The translations under genes and the position numbers were made by a program. The notes beneath the pieces were generated by a model. The model made no database searches. It saw only the letters and a program-made list of their open reading frames with translations, and had not been told where the DNA came from. From IMG/VR virus record IMGVR_UViG_2744054627_000004: DNA of 19,912 nt. One strand, written 5' to 3'. Shown here piece by piece: positions 19,307-19,912 of this stretch. This stretch comes from a virus. Lineage: Duplodnaviria; Heunggongvirae; Uroviricota; Caudoviricetes. The stretch's first letter is position 1; each line of letters begins with the position of its first letter.

Positions 19307-19912
19307 ATGAGCACAAAATTCAGAACCGTTATCACCACTGCCGGTGCAGCAAAGCTGGCAGCGGCAACCGCGCCGGGAGGGCGGAAGGTCAACATTACCA
19401 CGATGGCCGTCGGGGATGGCGGTGGTAAATTGCCTGTCCCGGATGCCGGACAGACCGGGCTTATCCATGAAGTCTGGCGACATGCGCTGAACAAAATCAG
19501 CCAGGACAAACGAAACAGTAATTATATTATCGCAGAGCTGGTTATTCCGCCGGAGGTGGGCGGTTTCTGGATGCGTGAGCTTGGCCTGTACGATGATGTG
19601 GGAACATTAATTGCCGTGGCGAACATGGCCGAAAGTTATAAGCCAGCTCTTGCCGAAGGCTCAGGGCGTTCGCAGACCTGTCGCATGGTCATCATCGTCA
19701 GCAGTGTGACCTCAGTGGAGCTGACCATTGACACCACAACGGTGATGGCGACGCAGGATTACGTTGATGACAAAATTGCAGAACATGAACAGTCACGACG
19801 TCACCCGGACGCCTCGCTGACCGCAAAAGGTTTTACTCAGTTAAGCAGTGCGACCAACAGCACGTCTGAAACACTGGCCTGCAACGCCGAAAGCGGTTAA
19901 GGCCGCAACTGA
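19307..19912 (+). CDS. H: Tail fibre protein H, N-terminal part; continues beyond the window
   Basis: GAGG RBS then MSTKFRTVITTAGAAKLAAATAPGG... The stop at 19898-19900 is probably a frameshift artefact, since tail-fibre genes in this family are about 2 kb. Confidence 0.8.

Larger units (their letters stand above)
100..19912. mobile_element. P2-like prophage, left portion (attL through start of tail-fibre gene H); continues beyond the window end
   Basis: Complete P2 gene order int-C-cox-B-A-[cargo]-cos-Q-P-O-N-M-L-X-Y-K-lysAB-R-S-V-W-J-I-H; left boundary approximate (host flank 1 to ~100). Confidence 0.9.

Noticed and set aside
1-19912. CRISPR arrays or other regularly spaced repeats
   Set aside because: No repeat-spacer periodicity seen anywhere in the window; the only short repeats are the att arm repeats and the operator palindromes.

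Overview
This window is the left ~20 kb of an integrated P2-like (Peduovirus-type) prophage in an enterobacterial chromosome. Order: ~100 bp of host flank with a terminator hairpin; attL with Int arm-type repeats; int and C repressor (minus strand); early operon cox, orf78-like, B, three small ORFs (one TraR/DksA zinc finger), orf83-like and replication initiator A (plus); a short AT-rich accessory hotspot (about 5935-7327) where P2 itself carries tin/old; the cos site (about 7478-7494); portal Q and terminase P (minus); then late genes O, N, M, L, X, the lysis cassette Y-K-lysA-lysB/lysC, R, S, baseplate V-W-J-I and the start of tail-fibre H (plus). The hotspot is my best candidate for an undescribed system: a Panacea/DUF4065-like gene, an acidic coiled-coil ORF and one or two tiny transmembrane ORFs, bracketed by two intrinsic terminators, which looks like a toxin-antitoxin or abortive-infection module. 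A major caveat: more than 25 single-base frameshifts break the P2 core genes, almost all inside homopolymer runs, which looks like homopolymer under-calling in the assembly rather than biological decay. Gene spans are given as reconstructed full-length genes and flagged where the sequence as given is frameshifted. Protein identities rest on my recollection of P2 proteins and on synteny; no database search was run.
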